64,000 nucleotides of DNA from an uncultured Nitrososphaerota archaeon (GCA_963799845.1 CAWCYI010000004.1:96001-160000); one strand, 5' to 3'; counted from the stretch's first letter, positions 10,183-21,800 are shown. Program-made: numbers and translations. The notes: generated by a model from the letters alone, not told the origin.

Positions 10183-11970
10183 ATGGTAGTCAAGGGAAAA
10201 GTAATCTGGATTAGCGGTCCCGCCGTAAAAGCGGATGGAATGGCTGCCTCGAAGATGTTTGAGACGGTTGAAGTCGGGGATGCGAAGATGGTCGGCGAGG
10301 TAATTCGGCTCACGGGCGATGTGGCCTTCGTTCAAGTTTATGAATCGACTTCGGGTTTGAGACCCGGAGAACCAGTTTACGGTACCGGTCAACCGTTATC
10401 GGTTTCCCTCGGTCCGGGGATGATGGGCAATGTCTACGACGGTCTTCAGAGGCCATTGAGCGTCATCGCGCAAAAATCCGGCGCATTTATCGGAAAGGGT
10501 GTCACCGCATCCCAGATCCCCATGGACAAATTGTGGGACTTTACTCCTAGAGTCAAGGTTGCCGATGATATCGTAGGGGGAACGATTTTGGGCATCGTCC
10601 CGGAAACGCAACTTATCGAACACAGGGTGATGGCGCCTCCGAATACACCAAAGGGAAAAGTTGTCGATGTCGTTCCTGCTGGGCAGTACAAAGTCGAAGA
10701 CGTCCTCGTCACATTTGAAGCGAACGGCCAAAAGATTCCACTGAAAATGTATCACAGATGGCCTGTTAGAATCGCAAGGCCGAGTGTGGAAAGATTTGAT
10801 CCTGAAATCCCGCTTCTTACTGGACAGAGAGTAATCGACACGTATTTCCCAATAGCGAAGGGTGGAACGGGTGCGATACCCGGTGGGTTCGGGACGGGAA
10901 AAACGGTCACACTCCATCAAGTGGCGACTTGGGCAGATGCGAAAGTTGTATTCGACGTTGGTTGCGGTGAGCGAGGAAACGAAATGACAGAAGTTCTCGT
11001 AAAGTTCCCCGAGCTTAAGGATCCAGCTACTGGTCGTCCTCTGATGGAGCGTACGATTCTAGTTGCAAACACGAGTAACATGCCGGTCGCCGCGCGAGAA
11101 GCGAGCATTTACACCGGCGTCACGATGGCAGAGTATTATCGAGATATGGGTTACGACACGGTTCTCGTAGCAGATTCGACTTCGCGATGGGCAGAAGCTT
11201 TGAGAGAGATTTCAGGGCGGCTTGAGGAAATGCCTGCCGAAGAGGGTTATCCATCTTATCTAGCATCGAGGCTCGCGGAATTTTACGAAAGAGCTGGACG
11301 AGTTCGCACTCTAGGAACGCCGGACAGGAATGGTTCGGTCACCCTCATTGGAGCGGTGTCTCCATCCGGCGCAGACTTCACTGAACCTGTAACAACCGCG
11401 ACGATCAGATTCATCAGGACTTTTTGGGCTTTAGATTCGAGATTGGCATATTCGAGACACTACCCCGCTATTAATTGGATGACCTCGTACTCTGGATACA
11501 TCAGCACGGTCGCAAAGTGGTGGGCGCAGAACGTCTCGAAAGATTGGGAGAGTTTGAGGAACGAATCATACGAGGTTTTGCAGAGGGAAGACGCACTGCG
11601 TGAAATCGTTCGTCTTTTGGGACCTGAAGCTCTTCCTGACGAAGAAAAGTTAATTCTGGAAATCGCTAGAATGATAAAGATCGGATTTTTGCAGCAAAAT
11701 TCGTACGATGCAGTAGATTCGTACTGCAGTCCCCAAAAGCAGGTAAAACTTATGCAGTTGTTGGTAACGTTCTATGGAGAAGCACTAAACGCCCTAAGAA
11801 ATGGCGTGACCCTCGCTCAGGTGAGAGCCAGTCCATTGATTCCCAGGATTTTGAGGGCGAAATTCGAGGTCAAAGAGTCTGAGCTCAACAAGCTCGACGA
11901 ACTGCTCGAAGACGTCAAGAAAGAATTTAGGGGCATGATGACGCAGGAGGTACAAGCGATTGCAAAGTAA
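10183..11970 (+). CDS. atpA: A-type ATP synthase subunit A
   Basis: GGFGTGKT P-loop, GCGERGNEM and EEGYPSYL; no intein. Confidence 0.98.
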   Translation: MVVKGKVIWISGPAVKADGMAASKMFETVEVGDAKMVGEVIRLTGDVAFVQVYESTSGLRPGEPVYGTGQPLSVSLGPGMMGNVYDGLQRPLSVIAQKSGAFIGKGVTASQIPMDKLWDFTPRVKVADDIVGGTILGIVPETQLIEHRVMAPPNTPKGKVVDVVPAGQYKVEDVLVTFEANGQKIPLKMYHRWPVRIARPSVERFDPEIPLLTGQRVIDTYFPIAKGGTGAIPGGFGTGKTVTLHQVATWADAKVVFDVGCGERGNEMTEVLVKFPELKDPATGRPLMERTILVANTSNMPVAAREASIYTGVTMAEYYRDMGYDTVLVADSTSRWAEALREISGRLEEMPAEEGYPSYLASRLAEFYERAGRVRTLGTPDRNGSVTLIGAVSPSGADFTEPVTTATIRFIRTFWALDSRLAYSRHYPAINWMTSYSGYISTVAKWWAQNVSKDWESLRNESYEVLQREDALREIVRLLGPEALPDEEKLILEIARMIKIGFLQQNSYDAVDSYCSPQKQVKLMQLLVTFYGEALNALRNGVTLAQVRASPLIPRILRAKFEVKESELNKLDELLEDVKKEFRGMMTQEVQAIAK

Positions 11971-13378
11971 TACTGCAGTGAAGAGTACCGGCGGAGTGGA
12001 GTACAGCAGGGTTGCCGAAATCCGCGGGCCGCTGCTCGTGATTGAAGGGGTCACCCGAGCGGCATATGACGAGCTCGTGGAAATCGAAACAGCCGATGGT
12101 AGAAGGCTTGGAAGAGTACTCGAAGTCGGAGGCGGACGAGCCGTGGTGCAGGTATTCGAGGGAACTTCGAGTCTCTCTACGATTGGTACAAAATCGAGAT
12201 TCACAGGCAAAACGATGGAAATTCCGGTTTCAAACGAACTACTCGGAAGGGTCTTCGACGGACTGGGAAGACCAGACGATGGATTGCCTCCTCCGGTAGG
12301 CGAAGATTTCAGAGATGTCAACGGGGCTCCCATAAATCCTGAGCAGCGAGCATATCCTGAGGACTTTATTCAGACAGGCGTTTCAGTTGTCGATGCGATG
12401 ATGACACTCGTCAGGGGGCAGAAACTTCCAATTTTCTCGGGCGCAGGCATGCCCCACAACCAGCTTGCAGCGCAGATTGCAAAACAGGCGACCGTTCTGG
12501 GCGAATCTGAGGAGTTCGCGGTGGTTTTCGCGGCAATTGGCGTCCAGCACGGTGAAGCTGCCTTCTTTCGGCGGACGCTGGAGGAGAGCGGCGCCATCAG
12601 ACGGAGTGCTCTTTTTCTGAACCTTGCGGACGATCCGGCCATCGAGAGAACAATTACCCCGAGAGTTGCCCTAACTGCTGCGGAGTACCTAGCCTTCGAT
12701 CTGGGATATCAAGTTCTTGCCATCATCACAGACATGACAAACTATGCGGAATCGCTCCGGGAGATTAGTGCTGCGAGGGAAGAAGTCCCAGGAAGAAAGG
12801 GATATCCAGGCTATCTTTACACCGACCTTGCTACGATCTATGAAAGGGCAGGTAAGATCAAGGGCAGGAAAGGTTCGGTAACTCAGATGCCGATCCTCTC
12901 AATGCCTTCCGATGATATTACGCACCCAATTCCTGATCTAACGGGCTATATCACAGAGGGCCAGATCGTGCTCGGTCGTGATCTGTTCCGAAAAGGAATT
13001 TATCCTCCGGTCAACGTTCTTTCTAGCCTCTCGAGGCTGCAGAAAGACGGAATCGGAGCTGGCAAAACTAGGGCAGACCACTCTGAAGTTCAAAGTCAAT
13101 TGTATGACGCTTATTCTAGGGCTCAGGAGCTCAGGTCCCTTGCTGAGATTGTAGGCAAAGCTGGTCTCTCTGGAGTTGATGCACAGTATCTCGACTTTGG
13201 CGATGTTTTCGAACAAAGGTTTCTGAAACAGAGCTACGACGAGAACAGGACCATCGAGGATACTCTGAATTTGGCCTGGGACATATTATCGGTCCTCCCC
13301 GAAGGCGAACTGACAAAGATCAGGACGGAGTACATCAAACAGTACTACAAGCCGCAAGTGGCGGCTCAAACGAGCTAG
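11960..13378 (+). CDS. atpB: A-type ATP synthase subunit B
   Basis: [22 protein letters not shown] and [15 protein letters not shown] motifs. Confidence 0.98.
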   Translation: MQSNTAVKSTGGVEYSRVAEIRGPLLVIEGVTRAAYDELVEIETADGRRLGRVLEVGGGRAVVQVFEGTSSLSTIGTKSRFTGKTMEIPVSNELLGRVFDGLGRPDDGLPPPVGEDFRDVNGAPINPEQRAYPEDFIQTGVSVVDAMMTLVRGQKLPIFSGAGMPHNQLAAQIAKQATVLGESEEFAVVFAAIGVQHGEAAFFRRTLEESGAIRRSALFLNLADDPAIERTITPRVALTAAEYLAFDLGYQVLAIITDMTNYAESLREISAAREEVPGRKGYPGYLYTDLATIYERAGKIKGRKGSVTQMPILSMPSDDITHPIPDLTGYITEGQIVLGRDLFRKGIYPPVNVLSSLSRLQKDGIGAGKTRADHSEVQSQLYDAYSRAQELRSLAEIVGKAGLSGVDAQYLDFGDVFEQRFLKQSYDENRTIEDTLNLAWDILSVLPEGELTKIRTEYIKQYYKPQVAAQTS

Positions 13379-13386
13379 AGAAGAAA

Positions 13387-14055
13387 ATGTCCGTAGCTTC
13401 CGGTAACAAGGTTCTCCCCACAAAGATTGGTCTGATCCAGATCAAGAGATCGCTCAGGACTTCTCGAACCGTTTACAAGATACTGGAAGATAAGCGGGAA
13501 GTCCTGCTGAAGCGACTGGATGAAATGATCAACGAGGCTCAAAAATCAAGGGACGACATGTGGGAACCACTCTCTGAAGCATACCGTCAGCTCTTCGACT
13601 CGTATCTCCGGCTTGGACCGGCGAGTGTCGAATCAGTTGCTACTAGCACCCCTCCGACTGTGGATGTTTCGGTGAATGTCAGGACCATCGTCTCCGTGAA
13701 CGTTCCCACAATGAAGATTACGCAGAAGAATGTGGGTCTAACATACGGTTTTGCGGAGACCAACGAATCGATGGACAAGGCCACCAGAATGATGCGCAAC
13801 GTTCTGCCTGGCATTCTCAAAGCGGCGGAGATCGAGAATGCGATTTTCAGACTGGCTACCGAACTGGAGAAAACTCAGCGTTTATTGAATGCGCTTGAAT
13901 TCATCATAATTCCTGGCTATCAGGATAACATCAAATTCATCTCCGCTACATTGGAAGAGAGAGAGCGCGAAGAGTTCGTCAGATTGAAACAGGTAAAACG
14001 CATTCTCGAAAGGAAGAAAGAACTCGTTGAAGCTGTGGCGTCCCCGGAACAATAG
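13387..14055 (+). CDS. atpD: A-type ATP synthase subunit D
   Basis: PTKIGL..ILEDKR and KTQRLLNALEFIIIP..LEEREREEFVRLK. Confidence 0.96.
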   Translation: MSVASGNKVLPTKIGLIQIKRSLRTSRTVYKILEDKREVLLKRLDEMINEAQKSRDDMWEPLSEAYRQLFDSYLRLGPASVESVATSTPPTVDVSVNVRTIVSVNVPTMKITQKNVGLTYGFAETNESMDKATRMMRNVLPGILKAAEIENAIFRLATELEKTQRLLNALEFIIIPGYQDNIKFISATLEEREREEFVRLKQVKRILERKKELVEAVASPEQ

Positions 14056-14067
14056 GTGTGATCTAAA

Positions 14068-14226
14068 ATAAATCAGGACGAAATAACTCAAAAGTTCAAA
14101 CGAGTCTCAGATGAAGTAGAGTCGATGGCACAGCAGCTTGAGCAAGACGTGAGAGCAAAGAATGCTGCGATACGAGACGAGACATCGAAAAAGTTCAGCG
14201 GCGTCGTTCAGCTCCTAGGAATCTGA
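14068..14226 (+). CDS. Unlisted 52-aa helical protein at the end of the ATPase operon (putative ATA start)
   Basis: AGGTGTGA RBS-like sequence, then ATA AAT CAG..; reads (M)NQDEITQKFKRVSDEVESMAQQLEQDVRAKNAAIRDETSKKFSGVVQLLGI*, followed by a T-run. Confidence 0.55.
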   Translation: MNQDEITQKFKRVSDEVESMAQQLEQDVRAKNAAIRDETSKKFSGVVQLLGI

Positions 14227-14274
14227 ACACGCTTTTTTTATAGCCGGTTCCTGAGAACGATTTTTAGAACCGTT

Positions 14275-14399
14275 GCGGTTGTCGTCCAGTCATCCCCTTT
14301 CTCTTGTTGGGGATGGGAAAACCTGGTCTAGGACGTCAGCCCTCCAAGCTGTTGCAGCGAGCAGAGCTGAGAACCCGGGTTCAAATCCCGGCGACCGCA
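14275..14399 (+). tRNA. tRNA-Gly(TCC) with two introns (15/16: 14290-14321; 37/38: 14347-14364)
   Basis: Acceptor GCGGTTG/CGACCGC-A, D-stem GTCC/GGAC, anticodon stem TCAGC/GCTGA, T-arm CCGGG-TTCAAAT-CCCGG; relaxed BHB folds at both introns. Confidence 0.88.
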
Positions 14400-14519
14400 C
14401 ATATTTTCATGGTATCTAATCCGCGACCTAGTTCCTACTTTAGTATAGTAGAACAGAAGTTGAATGACTCCAAACGTAAATCAAGTGTCTCCTCTGCGTC
14501 AAGGGCGCCACGTGGTAGC

Positions 14520-15558
14520 CTAAATCTGCCATCCCAGCGCAACGAAGATGATGTCTACAACTACGAGTATCGTCGCCATGTTCCTGGTGGATCCCCTGAT
14601 TATCTCGTCCCTCTGACTTTCTTCGAGTCGGAGCCTCAATGAATCCGCTACTTTCTGAGCAATCTCGCTCTGAATCGCAAAAACATCTTGAAAGTCTCTG
14701 TCGAAGCTTCTGCCCACACGTGCCGGTCCTTGTTCGCATCGATCAGCTGAACCGTTATACCAAGTCTGTTTCCTTCCTTTCGCACGCTCCCCTCCAAAAT
14801 CGTTCCAACACCCAGCTCTTTGGAAACTTCCCTTACCGACTTGGGTGCTTTCTTGTAGGGCATCACGGAAGTTCGCGAAATGACTTCAACCTGACTCTCG
14901 AAACCGTTGAGATAATTTCTTCAGTCATTCCATCGGCGAAGTACTCGTCCTGCGGGTCGGGGCTAATGTTTGTAAATGGTAGCACTGCGATTCTTCGGAC
15001 GTCCAAACGCGCCGAAGCGCGAATTGCTTCTTTTTCTCAAGGCATGACCATTTTGAAGACTTCAATCTGGTCGGTCACGTTCTTCAGAGATTTTAGTCCT
15101 AGGCTCGTAAGCTGGAGGTCTATTTTGCTCTGGACATGGTCGTACACTTGACGAGTTAGGCAGACACCGCCATCCTCCGCTAGAGGCTCAATTCTAGAAG
15201 TTACGTTGACAGCGTCACCTGATATATCGCCTTCTGACTCTACCACGTCGCCAAGGTGGACTCCTACCCGAAGATGAATTCTTCTTTGGTCGGACATGGA
15301 TATGTTGAACTCCCTGCATGCTCTCTGAATATCGTAAGCACACCTCACTGCATCCAGCGCATTAGGAAACTCGACAAGGAATGCATCTCCCATTGTCTTC
15401 ACCTCTCTGCCGTTGTGTCTGGTAAGAATCGGCCTGATTAACCTCCTTTGCTCGTCCGCAAGGGCAAGTGAAAGTGATTCATTCTTCTGTCCCAAGGCTG
15501 TATAGCCGATCATGTCCGTGTACATTATGGCGGCCAGTTTACGCTCTCCTCGAGACAT
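14520..15558 (-). pseudogene. Class III adenylate/guanylate cyclase with TolB-N-like domain, disrupted and 3'-truncated
   Basis: AAIMYTDMIGYT, KTMGDAFL and GDAVNVTSRIE; in-frame TGA at 15037-15039, then IAVLPFTNIS..DEYFADGMTEEII; frameshifts at ~14890 and ~14709; TPR region missing. Confidence 0.85.
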
Positions 15559-15858
15559 TTTGGTTACGACTCCCTCACGACACTGATGATAAATCCATTA
15601 GGGTAGTTCATATTCAGAGAGATTTAGAAGAGTCGGTTACTCTTCTCAATCATCAACGCTTGCACGATCTAAAGAAATAAATGACGAATGAGATTGAACC
15701 TAAAGCCAGCTCGCGCAATCCATTGTAGTTTTCTGAAGCGCAATCATTCAGGATGCGCGATAATTGCTTGAATATTACCGATATTTTGTCAGTCTAGCAG
15801 AATTTGGAATCTTTCCTTACCCTTAAATCATCGAGGATAAGCCATCGCATCATTCAAA

Positions 15859-16605
15859 TTGTATTGCCCCAAATGCGGCCAAGAAAACCCGGATGATGCG
15901 ACTTTTTGCCAGAAATGTGGTGCTGATCTAAAGGTAAGCTCGACTTCCTCGGGAAATGCCTCGACTGGAGGTGGAATGCCAACTTCTACCCCTCCTCCGG
16001 CTTATTCAGGTGCCAATCCAATGCCCACATCTTTCAATATCATGGGTACAATCAAGCACGCATTTGATCTTGTAAAGAGTCCCGCATCTGTCATGACAGC
16101 CTACAAGGACTCCGATCCGTCGCTCAATTCGTTGATCATCAACTACGTGGCAATTCTAGCTGCAATTGATTTTATTGGTACTTTAATCGGCGATTTATTG
16201 TTCTTCGGAGCAGGTTATGCGATCGCGTCAGCGATCTTGTATTACATCTTAGGGATTGTCCAAGTATTTGTTGTCGGTTTCATCATTTGGAAGCTTGCGC
16301 CTAATTTTGGATCGACAACTACCCAGGTTCGAGCTACTAGACTTGCTGCGTACGCTTTCACACCTTACTTTCTAGTGTCGATTCTGAAGATTATTCCAGT
16401 AATTGGGTTGGTAGTGATTCTCGGTCTATTGTACGGCTTGTACATTCTATATCTCGGATTGCCCATCATGCTTGGAACCCCGAAAGACAAGGCTCTTACT
16501 TACTTCATTGTGATCCTCGTTGTAACCTTCGTCGTCTACTTTGTGATCTCGTTAATCATTGGCGGGATTACCGTTGCAGCGTTCCATATTGGCGGGTTAA
16601 TGTAA
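15859..16605 (+). CDS. Zinc-ribbon plus Yip1-domain membrane protein
   Basis: YCPKCG..FCQKCG, a linker, then ~5 TM helices with AYAFTP and YGLYILYLGL. Confidence 0.85.
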   Translation: MYCPKCGQENPDDATFCQKCGADLKVSSTSSGNASTGGGMPTSTPPPAYSGANPMPTSFNIMGTIKHAFDLVKSPASVMTAYKDSDPSLNSLIINYVAILAAIDFIGTLIGDLLFFGAGYAIASAILYYILGIVQVFVVGFIIWKLAPNFGSTTTQVRATRLAAYAFTPYFLVSILKIIPVIGLVVILGLLYGLYILYLGLPIMLGTPKDKALTYFIVILVVTFVVYFVISLIIGGITVAAFHIGGLM

Positions 16606-16788
16606 CTATTAGGATGACCCCATGCGCAAATTAACAGGATCTCGGATAGCTTATCGAAATAGTAGGTTTGGTTTTCCTTTCTCCTTGATTGGACAAGATG
16701 GCCATGTCGATCTTTAAACTGTGAAATGATTCAACATCAGTCGAAATTGTAGGGATAACTCCGATTTAATGAAAGGAGCGATACGAAC

Positions 16789-17727
16789 ATGAATGGCAGA
16801 ACAATGAATTTGGAGGAATTCGATAGCCTGTTTCATCAGGTGTCCAATTGGGGCCGATGGGGATCGGATGATGAGAGAGGAACTCTAAACTTTCTCACAC
16901 CTTCGATTGTTGCGAGAGCATCTGAGCTGATTCGAAGTGGTAAGTCCGTTTCGATGGGAAGACCAATAGATACCGTCGCATCCATCGACAATCCCGATCC
17001 GGCAATTCATCACATGACACGCTGCTATGATATCGCTTCAAAGAATAAAGACGACGGCGTGCAATTTTCGGCCGATTATCTCGGATGTGCCTGCCACGGC
17101 TGCGCCCACAGCCACTTCGATGCTCTCTGCCATGTTGCCTACAAGGGGAGGCTGTACAACGACCGGCCAACAAACATGGTGACCTCTCAAGGTGCAAAGG
17201 TGATGGATGTAACTCACTACAGTCAGGGCATCGTTGGCAGAGGAGTGCTTCTTGACATACCGAGATTGAGGAACGTAAAGTGGCTTGAACCGGGCGAAGC
17301 CGTTACAGCCGAAGAATTAGAGGCCGCGGAGAATGCCGAGGGGGTAAAGCTAGGAGATGGTGATATTTTCGTTTTCCGAGTTGGACACTATAAACGGAGG
17401 ATTGAATTGGGGCCCTGGGACGTTGATAAGGAGGGAAGAGCGGGGTTACATCCTACAGCAATGAAATTACTGCATGAAAGGAAGATTGCTGCATTCTTTC
17501 CAGACGGCGATGGCGAAGTAAAACCCAGTCCTGTAGAATCAATTTCTCATCCTGTTCATGCCTTGCAGATTGCTTCCATGGGACTTGCATGCGCCGACAG
17601 TCTGCAGCTCGAAGAGCTTTCAAAAGAGTGCGAGAGCGAAGGAAGGTGGGACTTCATGGCAGTGCTCTCACCTCTCAGGCTTTCGGGTGGCACGGGATCG
17701 TTGGTCAATCCGATAGCAATCTTCTAG
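16789..17727 (+). CDS. Cyclase family metal-dependent hydrolase (kynurenine formamidase-like)
   Basis: NWGRWG.DDERGTLN, HG..HSHFDALCH, GRGVLLD and GGTGSLVNP motifs. Confidence 0.88.
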   Translation: MNGRTMNLEEFDSLFHQVSNWGRWGSDDERGTLNFLTPSIVARASELIRSGKSVSMGRPIDTVASIDNPDPAIHHMTRCYDIASKNKDDGVQFSADYLGCACHGCAHSHFDALCHVAYKGRLYNDRPTNMVTSQGAKVMDVTHYSQGIVGRGVLLDIPRLRNVKWLEPGEAVTAEELEAAENAEGVKLGDGDIFVFRVGHYKRRIELGPWDVDKEGRAGLHPTAMKLLHERKIAAFFPDGDGEVKPSPVESISHPVHALQIASMGLACADSLQLEELSKECESEGRWDFMAVLSPLRLSGGTGSLVNPIAIF

Positions 17728-17763
17728 TCCGAGCTGAGAAGTGATTTCGAGTCGTACTCTAAA

Positions 17764-19086
17764 TCAGTCAAGATCCGATGCTGACTCAAAATTCCATGAA
17801 ACATCATTCTTTGTTTCAGTTTCTGAGTTTTTTCGAATGACGAATCCTTCTTCGAATAGTTTCTTTACGATGTACGCCGAGTAAGCCGGCGCACCTGTCG
17901 CACCCGGAGAATTGTAATTCAGAATATGGAAAGATCTTCTCCCTTGCAATGTTACCGCTTCAGGAACGAAACCGTGTTCGTCGATAAGGGAGCTTCTTAC
18001 TCCGGATAGTCCCCTGCCCTGAAGGTTGTCGGCAACGAGAGAAGGGATGAACTGTCTTACTCTTTCGCACATTGTCTTCTTTGATACAGAGCTCCTCCAC
18101 TCCTGCCAGACAAGTGATAGAAATTGCGAGTTGGTGAAGAGTCTCAACTTTGGAGAGTTCGGGCGCTCGAAGATCTTTTCCAATAGCTCCGCCTTGCTCT
18201 TTGAGAATCCTGAATAGGCGTTAGGACCGGAGACGAGCATAGCGTTAGGTCCTATTTCGCGTCTCCCATTTGCTCTAACGATAAAGTGCGGATCGAGAAA
18301 GGGGAACTCTTTGTGCTTTGCAACCGAGTAGACATTTCTGCTAATATTCCGTCCAAATGCATTCCCTACCACCCAGTAATCTCCTCGAAAGTGAAGGTCA
18401 GTATACTGTTTTGCCAGTCCCAATTTGTGCGCGATATCGATAGAATTTCCTCCGGCGGCGTTGATCATGAAATTGCAGGAGATTCTTGAAGACAAACCTG
18501 ATTTATTTTGTAGATCTAGATTGACTCCGTTCGAGTCCTCTTCAATGTGCTTGACTTCGGCATTTCCGAGGAACTCTACTCCTTTCTTTTTGGCCAGTTC
18601 GAAGACGCAGTTGGTGAGGTCACTGTAGTTTACTGTCGTATCTTTTTTCGAATAAATGGCGCCAGCGCAGAGGACAAGCGGTTCTATTTTGCTTACCCCT
18701 GAAGAATCCAATAGTTCAACTTCACTCTCATCCATTCCATTCTTCATCGCCCAATCCTTGTATTGAACCAATGTGTCCAGTTGTGAATCCTGTACGGCCA
18801 CTTCCAGAGTCCCGACTTCATGCCATGGTAAATGATATTGAGCCGCAAGATCCGACCAGAGGAAGTACGAGTTCTGGGCTGCCCTCGCGAATATTCTTTT
18901 CTTGTCTGGATTTAGATAGAACGGCCTGTGGATTACGCCGGTATTTCTTGAGGAAGTATGGATTGCAACCCGACTTTCCTTGTCGATTAGGGCAATCGAG
19001 CAGTTAGAAAGCTGGGAGAGCCAAAACGCGATTGTGACTCCGAGCACTCCTGCACCGATTATCGCGACGTCGAAACTGTCTCTCAC
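17764..19086 (-). CDS. FAD-dependent oxidoreductase, L-2-hydroxyglutarate oxidase-like
   Basis: GAGVLG, HTSSRNTGVIH, FRGDY, GPNA and SPGATGA motifs. Confidence 0.85.
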   Translation of the reverse strand: MRDSFDVAIIGAGVLGVTIAFWLSQLSNCSIALIDKESRVAIHTSSRNTGVIHRPFYLNPDKKRIFARAAQNSYFLWSDLAAQYHLPWHEVGTLEVAVQDSQLDTLVQYKDWAMKNGMDESEVELLDSSGVSKIEPLVLCAGAIYSKKDTTVNYSDLTNCVFELAKKKGVEFLGNAEVKHIEEDSNGVNLDLQNKSGLSSRISCNFMINAAGGNSIDIAHKLGLAKQYTDLHFRGDYWVVGNAFGRNISRNVYSVAKHKEFPFLDPHFIVRANGRREIGPNAMLVSGPNAYSGFSKSKAELLEKIFERPNSPKLRLFTNSQFLSLVWQEWRSSVSKKTMCERVRQFIPSLVADNLQGRGLSGVRSSLIDEHGFVPEAVTLQGRRSFHILNYNSPGATGAPAYSAYIVKKLFEEGFVIRKNSETETKNDVSWNFESASDLD

Positions 19087-19247
19087 AATTTCCGATGCTC
19101 ATCCCTGGAGTAAAATCCTTGTGCCTAGAGTGTGAGCGGTAGAAATGGAATCTGCTCTTGTGTAACCTTAAGCGATATAGCGATTCTAAGATATTCTCAT
19201 TATAGATTAAGCCCAAATCAGTGAAGGAACTTCTGAAATGATATTAG

Positions 19248-20330
19248 GAGTTACGCATTTGGCCGAAAAGAATTTGGCCAGGATTGTTTCTCTGGTTCAT
19301 CAGACGCTGCATGAACCCTCCAAAATGCGATGACAATGACTACATAGACTTCCTGATAGCATCCCAGAAATCATTCGCTTGCACCGAAGCTGCTAGATGT
19401 CAGCCTGATGATGATGCAGGAGTCACGCCGCCAGCACACGATAGCTTCACCCGCCTTCTGGAGAGACTGCCTGCGGATACAGAAGCGCTCTGGGATGAGG
19501 CGAAGAGGATCATCGCCGTTACTGCGGGAGGAGTACTGATAGTCGATGATTCAACTCTGGACAAACCGTACGCGGAGAAGATGGATTACGTCACGTACCA
19601 CTGGAGCGGAAAACACCACAGTGTGGTGAAGGGGATAAATCTCATCACAACACTATGGAGCGATGGTAACGCCCTCATTCCATGTGACTTTAGACTCTAC
19701 AATGCGTCAAAAGACGGTCTCACCAAGAACGATCACTTCCAGGACATGTTGTTGGTTGCAAAGCAGAGAGGGATGGAACCAAAATACGTCCTCTTTGACA
19801 GCTGGTACTCGAGCATGGAAAATCTGAAGCTCATCGCAAGGGAGCTCGGGTGGCATTTCTTCTGCCGCCTCAAGGAGAACAGGCTCGTCAATCCAACGGG
19901 CAGAAAAAAAGGAAACAAACCAATCAAGGACGTGGAGATCCCGCCTGAGGGAACCACGGTTCATCTCATGGGATTCGGAATGGTCAGGGTGTTCAGGACA
20001 GCCTCCAAGAAAGGAGACATTGAACACTGGGCTACCGATGACGTTGGGATGAATGAGGAAAAGAGAGATGAACTCTCTGACCAAGGATGGGGAATCGAGG
20101 AGTACCACAGAGGAGTCAAGCAGTGTTGTGGCATTGAGAGGGCTCAGGTCAGGAAGGCGACATCCATTCTGAATCACATCCACATGTCAATAAGGGCGTT
20201 CATACGTCTAGAATTGTGCAGATTGATGACCGGGATAAGCTGGTACGAAGCGAAGGCGAGAATCGTCAGAGATGCGATAAGGAGCTACATTGCACACCCA
20301 ATCTATCTTCTTGGGTCAACCGCGTAACTC
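19248..20330 (+). mobile_element. IS701-family insertion sequence
   Basis: Imperfect 17-bp TIRs GAGTTACGCATTTGGCC / GGTCAACCGCGTAACTC flanked by TTAG (19244-47) and CTAG (20331-34), matching the IS701 nTAG target preference. Confidence 0.9.
19311..20327 (+). CDS. IS701-family DDE transposase
   Basis: MNPPKC start; LIVDDSTLDKPY, VLFDSWYSS and WGIEEYHRGVKQCCG (DDE). Confidence 0.92.
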   Translation: MNPPKCDDNDYIDFLIASQKSFACTEAARCQPDDDAGVTPPAHDSFTRLLERLPADTEALWDEAKRIIAVTAGGVLIVDDSTLDKPYAEKMDYVTYHWSGKHHSVVKGINLITTLWSDGNALIPCDFRLYNASKDGLTKNDHFQDMLLVAKQRGMEPKYVLFDSWYSSMENLKLIARELGWHFFCRLKENRLVNPTGRKKGNKPIKDVEIPPEGTTVHLMGFGMVRVFRTASKKGDIEHWATDDVGMNEEKRDELSDQGWGIEEYHRGVKQCCGIERAQVRKATSILNHIHMSIRAFIRLELCRLMTGISWYEAKARIVRDAIRSYIAHPIYLLGSTA

Positions 20331-20383
20331 CTAGATATATTGTAAGCGAACTTTGTCAGAATTGAATAAAGGGAAGGGCGAAT

Positions 20384-21695
20384 TTGCTTTTCACTCGTTT
20401 CTACTCAAGAATTCAATCCGGAAGCATACGAACAGCCACCTCGTTAATTCTGCTCGCGATGCTGCTGGGTGTTACTTTCATCGGATTTCTGCCACTGTTG
20501 GGACAATACGTATCTGCAGATTCGAGCGTAGTACAAAATCAAGTCAGTGGCTCGGCATGCAGCCTTGGATCCTCCTGTGAAGTCAATCTCGACTTCCCAT
20601 CCTCTGTCATTTCGGGCAATGTGGTAGTTGTAGCCGCATTTGATCAAGACAGTACCTCTCTTACCATAGCTGATTCACTTTCATCATCATACTCTGCTAT
20701 GGCATCCACGACTGATAGTTCGGGATATGTAATCTACATTTTCGCAGCCACTCTCACCTCTAGTGGTAAAGACACCGTAACTCTCACTGATTCCTCGGGA
20801 AATAGTATCGGGATTTACGCTGAATTCCTTGAAATCGCGGGAGTCACGACTGCTCTTTCTCAAACTGCACAGGGTTCGGACTTGTGCCCGTCATTTCCAT
20901 GCAATACTTCCGCTTTGACCAGTGATTCCTTCGCCCCCGGTGCTTTCTTACTTTCCGAAACTGTCGTTCATTTTGCCGGGGCGACATTCTTGTCTGGAAG
21001 CGGATTTACTGCGGAAACGATACTCTCGAGTGAAGGATACTCGCAATATGCAACCACGGGCGTGTCATCGCCAACTTACTTCCCTGCAACACTATCGTCT
21101 TCGACTTCATCCTTCGGACGGTGGGCAGAGGTAGCTGTCAGCTCTCCAACCGATATCAACGACTACTACGACCACGGATCCAACTAGCACCACTTCTGCA
21201 ACCAGCGTCAGCACAAGTGCAACTACAAGTACCAGCTTGAGTACTTCTACAACCACCATCTCGACAAGTTCTACGAGTACTGTCAGCCTCAGCACGAGCG
21301 CGACAAAAAGCACAAGCTGGACCACTACAGGTACTATCACCAGTGTAAGTACGAGAACTACAACACAGACTTCTACTATCTCCGTTTTACCCACGAGCAC
21401 TTATGTTCATTGCGTTCCAAGAAAGGCGACGGCAGGAAAATCAGTTGATTGTACAGCTAAAGTGAGGTCGTCTACCACTCCAAGCGGAACTGTTTCTTTC
21501 AGCTACACGGAGGGCTCGGTTACCGTGACTAGCTCTGCCATTTGTAAACCGACAGCGTCATCTTCAACGACCTGTTCTGCATCGTTCAGCTTCAAGTTTC
21601 CTCATGCTGGAGATGCGATTGTCATCGCATCCTACCTTGGCGATTCGATCCACCAGCCCAGCCAGGGCGCGACGCTCGTCCACGTGAAAAAGTGA
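20384..21695 (+). CDS. Secreted/surface protein with Ser/Thr-rich linker and C-terminal Ig-like domain; one extra base at ~21139
   Basis: N-terminal hydrophobic helix, beta-rich domain, poly-S/T stalk and SYLGD..HQPS Ig-like motif; removing C21139 fuses two ORFs into 436 aa. Confidence 0.75.
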
Positions 21696-21800
21696 TATCA
21701 AGATGAAGTATAGAGCGGAATTTTTTGCCGCAATTAACCATCCGCCACATTCGTGATAGATCCCAGAGTCCTTTTTCGTGAAGTGACTACGTGGTCATTA

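Noticed and set aside
10396-13316. Numerous 60-180 aa antisense or nested ORFs in atpA/atpB and other genes
   Set aside because: Shadow ORFs of well-supported genes with no recognisable motifs
4985-14055. Incomplete ATP synthase (subunits I and K absent, C separated)
   Set aside because: Split A-ATPase operons are common in archaea; the missing genes are probably outside the window
14304-14642. 112-aa ORF
   Set aside because: Overlaps tRNA-Gly and the antisense strand of the cyclase remnant
21150-21400. ACN/AGC-rich quasi-repeats as a DNA repeat or DGR-type variable region
   Set aside because: Explained by the Ser/Thr-rich protein linker; no template/variable repeat pair or reverse transcriptase in the window
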